Of a stretch of 64,000 bases of DNA, positions 58,801 to 64,000 are shown one piece after another. The notes beneath the pieces are model-generated. The model was not told the origin of the DNA and did no database searches. It saw only the letters and a list, made by a program, of their open reading frames with translations. Position 1 is the first letter of the stretch. The number at the start of each line of letters is the position of its first letter. A program made the translations under genes and the position numbers. The stretch comes from Sminthopsis crassicaudata. Its lineage: Eukaryota. The stretch lies in the NCBI RefSeq assembly GCF_048593235.1, contig NC_133622.1:247694055-247758054 (forward strand), in the 5' to 3' direction.

Positions 58801-61800
58801 ATCAGATCTGAATTCAGGTCCTCCTGACTTCAGGGCTGGTGCTCTATCCACTTCGCTGGCCCTGAAAGAATTTTTTATGAATTGTCTTTGATCAGGATAG
58901 CTATCATTTGCAGTTCTTATAATATTGCTGTCACTGTTCAGTGTTCTCCTGCAATCTGCAGTTCATGTCTTTCCAGATTTTTTGAAAAAAGACTTCAATA
59001 TTTTTTAATACTTTAATATTCCATTATAATCAATACCAAATCATGTCACACCCCAATTGATGGGTGTCTCTTTGATTTTCAATTCTTCATAACCACACAC
59101 ACAAAAAGAGCTGCTATAATTATTTTTGTACAAATAGGTCCTTTTCTCATTTTTAATCTCTTTGGGAAACTGAACTAGTAATGGTATTGCTGAGTCAAAG
59201 GGTATAACTCTTTGGGGAGAGTTCCAAATTGCTCCCCAGAATGGCTAGATCAGTTCACAACTCCAACAGTGCATCAATGTCCCAGTTTTTCCACAGGGGG
59301 ACATATTTAAAAATCTAGAAAAGCCCCATCTTCAAGGAACTTATGTTCAACAGGGAGAGACAAAGGAACAAGATTGCTGTTCTCAGAAAGGGCTTCTTAG
59401 AACGTGAAAGGAGTTGGCACAGTCTTCCCAGGTACTAGCTATGTGATTTGTTTGTCCATGAGCACTGTTTTAACAACAAGCTGAGCTAAGGCAGATCTCA
59501 GAGCAAGATAACATTTATTAGCTGCCCCGGACGATGTTAATAAATGGGTCAGCGGCTTTGTTCTGTTAATGCCAGAGATGTTGAGTGAAAGGACAGTTCT
59601 TACAGAGAAGGGTAGATGACTTCACGGCGTTAAGGACAATGTGGTTGATGACAGAGCTGAGGTATAGAGGACAGCATGATTGGAAGTTTGGTAATGGGGG
59701 GGATAACATTCTCTCCTGAGACTAAAAAATGCTTTCTGGGGCAGCTAGGTGGCGCAGTGGATAGAGCACCAGCCTTGAATTCAGGAGGACCCCAGTTCAA
59801 ATCCAATCTTAGACACTTAACACTTCCTAGCTGTGTGACCCTGGGCAAGTCACTTAACCCCAGCCTTAAAAAAAAAAAAAAAAAGCATTCAGAAAAATGC
59901 TTTCTGTTTGAGTTCAGATGTGAGGTGGTGTCTCAGACTGTATGTGTGTGTGTGATATACATGTGTATTCATTTTTTAAACATAGTTCCTTATGAATCAT
60001 GTTGGGAGAGAGAAAGAACAAAAGGAAAAAAAGTGAACATAGAATGTGTTTATTTATATTCCGTCTCTGTTCTCTCTCTGAATGCACATTTTCTATCCAA
60101 AGCTTACTGGGATTGCCTTGGATCGCTGAACTGCTGAGAAGAGCCAAGTCTTTCGTGGTTGATCATCACAAAGTCTTGCTGTTATTGTGTATGTTATATT
60201 CCTGTTTCTGCTTGTTTCATTCAACGTCAGTTTGTATAAATTTTTCTAGGCCTTTTTAAAAACCTTGTTCATCAATTTTTTTTTAACAATAACACTCTAT
60301 TACCTTTTTATAGCACAGCTTATTCAGCCACCACAAAAAAGAGCTGCTAAACATTTTTGCACATGTGGGTCCCTTCTTTTATGATTCCTTTGGCATCATA
60401 GACTTTTTTTTTTTTTTTTCTGAGGTAATTGGGGTTAAGTGACTTGCCCAGGGTTATACAGCTAGGAAGTATTAAGCTTCTGAGGCCAGATTTGAACTCA
60501 GGTTCTCCTGACTTCAGGGCGGGTGCTCTAACCACTGCAGCACCCAGCTGCCCCGGCATCCTAGACTCTTAAATAGCAAAGCAGACATCCCTTGGAGGAT
60601 AGCTTGATTGGCATAAAGATAGCAGGTCCAAAATCCTTCACTTTCTCACACAGTTCCCAAGATTAGCAAAACATGAGCAGGAAAGCTGGATTTTTAAATT
60701 TAACACATTTTAGGCCAGCTGAAGACTGAGCTGCAGACAAAGAATCATGACTTATGGTCAACAGATATGCATGGGCAGTTTTCAGATAAAGCTATCCAGG
60801 CATGGAAAAACTACTCTTAAGTCACTATTGATTAGAGAAATGCAAATTAAAACAACTCTGAAGTACCATCTCACATCTATCTATCAAATTGGCTAATGTG
60901 ACAGAAAAGGGAAATGATAAATGTCAGAGAAGTTGTGGGAAAATTGAACACCAATGCATCTTTGGTGTAGTTGTGAACTGATCCAACCATTCTGGGGAAC
61001 GGTTTAGAACTACGCTTAAAGGGCTATAAAACTGCATATTCTTAGATGCAACGGTATCACTTACTGGGTCTGTATCCCAAAGACACCGTAAAAAATGAAA
61101 AAGGACCCACGTGTATAAAAATGTTTATAGCAGGTCTTTGAGGTGGCGAAGAATTAGAAGTTAAGGCTCCCCAGCAGTTGGTGAATGATTGAACAAGCTG
61201 TGTTATGTGAATGTAATGGAATATTATAGTTCTAGAAGAAATGAGTAACCTGGAATGACTTACATAAACTGATGCTGAGTGACATGAGCTGATCCAGGAG
61301 AACATCGTACACAGCAAAAGCAACATTGTGTGATGATCAACAGCGATAGACAGTCACCCGAGAAAATCCCAAAAGACTCATGGTAGAAAATATCTATATT
61401 CAGAGAAGGAATTTTGGAATCTGAGTGCAGATCAAAGCATATTGTTTCACTATATTGTATTTTTTTTTCTTCCTTGTGTTCTATTCTTTCACATGACCAA
61501 TGTGGAAGTTTCACATGATACATTTAATATATAATCCCTATCAGATTACTTGCTGTCTTGGGGAGGGGGGAAAGAAAAAATGGAAATCAAAATCTCCTAA
61601 AAGTAAATGTTGAAAACTCTTTACACATAATTAGAAAAAAGTAAAAGATTATTTTTTAAAAAAGAATCATGACCTAGGCAATTAACAGGATGAAAACAGC
61701 TACTTATAAATAGGATTGATAAGAAAATGACAAAATCAATTCCAATCTTCTCAGTGCCATCTGTGTGCAAGGCACGCCCTGTGATAATAACAATAATAAG

Positions 61801-62397
61801 CCACCACAGCAAATAATAATAGCAAATGTCACATACTGTGTACCAGGAACTGTGCTAAGCACTTTCCAGATATTATTTAATCTTCAACAAACCTGTGAAA
61901 TCAGTGCTGTTAGTATCCCCATTTTATAGTAAAGGAAATTGAGGCAGACAGGTGGATTGACATGCCCAGGGTCACACAATTGGGAAGAAGATGATTTTGA
62001 ACTGGGGTCTTCCTGACTCCAGGCAGGCTCAGTGCTGTCCACTTGAGCACTCCCTACTTCCCTCTCCCATAGCTGCCTCTTTGTAAAAATCCCTCTCTTA
62101 AAAAAAGGCACCGACTAGGCAATCTTATACCTGCTGAACACAAGGGGGAACATCCTCAGTCCCACGCTCAGCCCCCTCAGGAGGGGGAGCCTGAGGCACA
62201 TCAAGCCCCGGTCAGCGCAATGCCTGGGCTCTGCCTCTTATCAACTTGTCATCTCTTATTCTGCAGAAGCAAAGCCAGCCCCTGAGATCTTTGAAAACGA
62301 TGTCATGTGGATGCTGAGAGACTTTGCCAAAAATAAGAACCGAGAGCAGAGGTTGCGGGCCCCGGATCTCGAGTACCTCTTTGAGAAACCGACCTGA
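54919..62397 (+). CDS. SDHAF2: Succinate dehydrogenase assembly factor 2 (SDH5), 161 aa
   Basis: Exons 54919-54939, 56669-56892, 57007-57116, 62267-62397; total 486 nt. Motifs [39 protein letters not shown] and [13 protein letters not shown], after an N-terminal mitochondrial-targeting-like segment. Confidence 0.97.
57880..58290. mobile_element. MIR-type SINE fragments in SDHAF2 intron 3
   Basis: cctcagtttccctagatgtaaaatgagg (+) and cccattttacagatgagaaaattgagg (-). Confidence 0.65.
58430..59310 (-). mobile_element. Degraded LINE-1 3' region interrupted by a SINE
   Basis: Reverse-strand L1 3'-UTR/ORF2-like text (ctccccagaatggctagatcagttcacaactccaacagtgcatc). Boundaries approximate. Confidence 0.65.
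58717..58862 (-). mobile_element. WSINE1-type SINE
   Basis: T-tail, then gaggcaattggggttaagtgacttgcccagggtcatacagc...gaattcaggtcctcctgacttcagggctggtgctctatccac. Confidence 0.85.
59739..59884 (+). mobile_element. Full-length WSINE1-type SINE with 14-bp TSD
   Basis: gggcagctaggtggcgcagtggatagagcacc...gttcaaatcc...ctgggcaagtcacttaacccc plus poly(A). TSD aaaaatgctttctg at 59725-59738 and 59893-59906. Confidence 0.92.
60405..60554 (-). mobile_element. Full-length WSINE1-type SINE with 13-bp TSD
   Basis: Poly(T)...cacccagctgcccc, flanked by ggcatcatagact (60392-60404) and ggcatcctagact (60555-60567). Confidence 0.9.
60770..61660 (+). mobile_element. 5'-truncated LINE-1 (ORF2 end plus 3' UTR), decayed
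   Basis: attagagaaatgcaaattaaaacaactctgaagtaccatctcac...ttgtgaactgatccaaccattctgg...ctgggtctgtatcccaaag are typical L1 ORF2 C-terminal sequences. Confidence 0.85.
61790..62050 (-). mobile_element. MIR-type SINE
   Basis: tgtgctaagcactttcc...ccccattttatagtaaaggaaattgaggc...cccagggtcacac...tttgaactggggtcttcctgactcc. Confidence 0.75.
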
Positions 62398-62549
62398 CTT
62401 GTGTTCCGACCTTACCCAGCGCAGGGTGGGACCCTAGAAAGGCAAGCATCAGGCCCTGGTCCTGGCTGCTAATACCCTGCTGCTGCTTGCCAACATGCCC
62501 GCCTGCAGAAAGACCCCATTTCCCAGAGCGTGTAGCTTGCATCACTTGT

Positions 62550-62555
62550 AATAAA
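62550..62555 (+). terminator. SDHAF2 polyadenylation signal
   Basis: tgtAATAAA about 152 nt after the stop, with another TGTA at 62531 and a GU-rich tract downstream. Confidence 0.75.
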
Positions 62556-64000
62556 AGGACTCCTTGTGTCTCCGTTTGCACAGTCTCACTGGTGGTTGTC
62601 TATGTCTGCGTGATCCGGTCCTCCTGAATACATCCCGAGAGCTTCTCCTAATAGAGAGGAAGAAGCCCATCCTCCCCCAGTCCAAGGTTCAGTTTATGCA
62701 GAAATCTCGCTTCCTACTTGCAAGGAGTTAAGAATAGTTCTGCTTCCAAAACAATGCTTTCTTTAGTGTGGGAGCTCTCTTCCTGACTACAAGTCACTAC
62801 CCTTCTGCTGCCCACCATTGTGCTGCCGCTGGTCTAAAGCTGGGGTCTGTCTATTCACAAGCCCTTCCAGAGCCTGGCAGAGTGAAAGCCTCCCCTGGGC
62901 CATACTGGCATGGAAGGGGGACTGTAAGGGAGAATACCCAGAGCTGGCATTTCTAAACTCATCCAAAGTTCTCAGCTGAACCTCTGATGACCTGACCAAT
63001 GAGCCCAGTAGGGACAGGACTGTCTGTCAGCCAGCACCAGCAAGGCCTCCGAGGTGGCCCAGGCCATGGGCTCGGCAGCTGCGTCTGATAGACTGGCTCT
63101 GGGGGAGACTCCTCCTCCCCTTATAATTATATGTGCAGAGGTGGAAAGAGACGGAGGGTCAGTGATTTGTGATGGGAGAGCCTGGATCTAATGCTCTTTC
63201 TGCTGGCGGCATCCCCTCTGCCCTGCAGGAGGGCTTGGGCAGACACGGGCTTGGTTCGTCCTCATCTTTAGGTCCCCAGATCCTACCTTTGCCTAGCACG
63301 TAGTAGATGCTAGAAAGACACTACACTGCATCCGGCCAAGTTAAGAGCCTGTGATTGAAGAGAAGACATGGTGTGAGTGAACAAAGTGCTGAGTCTTAGT
63401 GTAACCCTCACTGTTGGGGTGTCTGCGTATGACAGAGGCAATGGGAAGGCATCTTGCCTGGTTTAGCACCGGGGGAGCAGTCACTGGGGACGGGGTCTCC
63501 ATTTCCTCCCCCCCATTCTTAATGGTCATCACAAAGGCAGCCACTACCTCCCAGACCTTGTCATCACCTCCTGCTCCTCTGTGATTCCAGGGACTTTTTG
63601 TTTCCCAGCTGAGGTCCAGGGACCACCCAGCCATCTTCCAGGCCTGGCAGGGTGGGAAGGCCTTGACAACCTGACAACATACAGACCCCCATCGCCATTT
63701 TTTCAGTTTCTGGGACAGTTTCCACCTCCTCTATGCCCAGAAGTTATTCCCATCAGCCTGGAGTATACACATACGTGCAACCTTCTATCCCTGTCACTAT
63801 CCCTCTCTTCAAGGGCCAGTTAAAGGCTTGTTGAGCCTCCCCTCAGCTCCCAGCTGAGATTGTCGTCTCCCTCAGGTTTGTCATGGCCTCTTTCCTGAAG
63901 GTTTCCCTTGCCCCAAATGCATTTATGTCCTGCCGGATACCATGAGCTCATCCCTATGTCACCTGTTAAAATTCCGAGTTCAAGGACAGAAACCGTCCTT

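Noticed and set aside
59739-59800. tRNA-like A/B boxes
   Set aside because: Part of a tRNA-derived SINE with CORE, poly(A) and TSD; no full cloverleaf.
62264-62269. NAGNAG acceptor (CAG AAG) at SDHAF2 exon 4
   Set aside because: CAG is strongly favoured over AAG, the effect would be one residue, and there is no evidence of use.

Overview
Vertebrate genomic DNA, very likely from a dasyurid marsupial, inferred from WSINE1-type SINEs, dasyurid-style L1 3' ends and an OC1-type hAT MITE. The window is the conserved gene cluster syntenic with human 11q12.2: DDB1 (-, first two coding exons only), TKFC/DAK (+, 578 aa), CYB561A3 (-, 242 aa), TMEM138 (+, 162 aa), TMEM216 (+, 141 aa), CPSF7 (-, 471/462 aa) and SDHAF2 (+, 161 aa). 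I traced all exons by hand; every coding intron is GT-AG and each complete CDS is open and in frame. There are three head-to-head CpG-island promoters (DDB1/TKFC, CYB561A3/TMEM138, CPSF7/SDHAF2), three minisatellites and a 180-N gap. The genes are known and I see no new protein family. The best leads are regulatory and untested. (1) The ciliopathy pair TMEM138-TMEM216 is only ~1.5 kb apart and carries three RFX X-box/YY1-type composite elements. The two first exons have near-identical architecture, so splicing TMEM138 exon 1 to TMEM216 exon 2 would give a full-length TMEM216. (2) TMEM216 naturally carries the equivalent of the human Meckel allele c.230G>C/G77A. (3) CPSF7 has a candidate intronic poly(A) site that could autoregulate it. 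(4) A ZNF143+ETS module occurs in five degenerate copies in a bidirectional promoter. Comparisons with human and mouse are from memory and need database confirmation.
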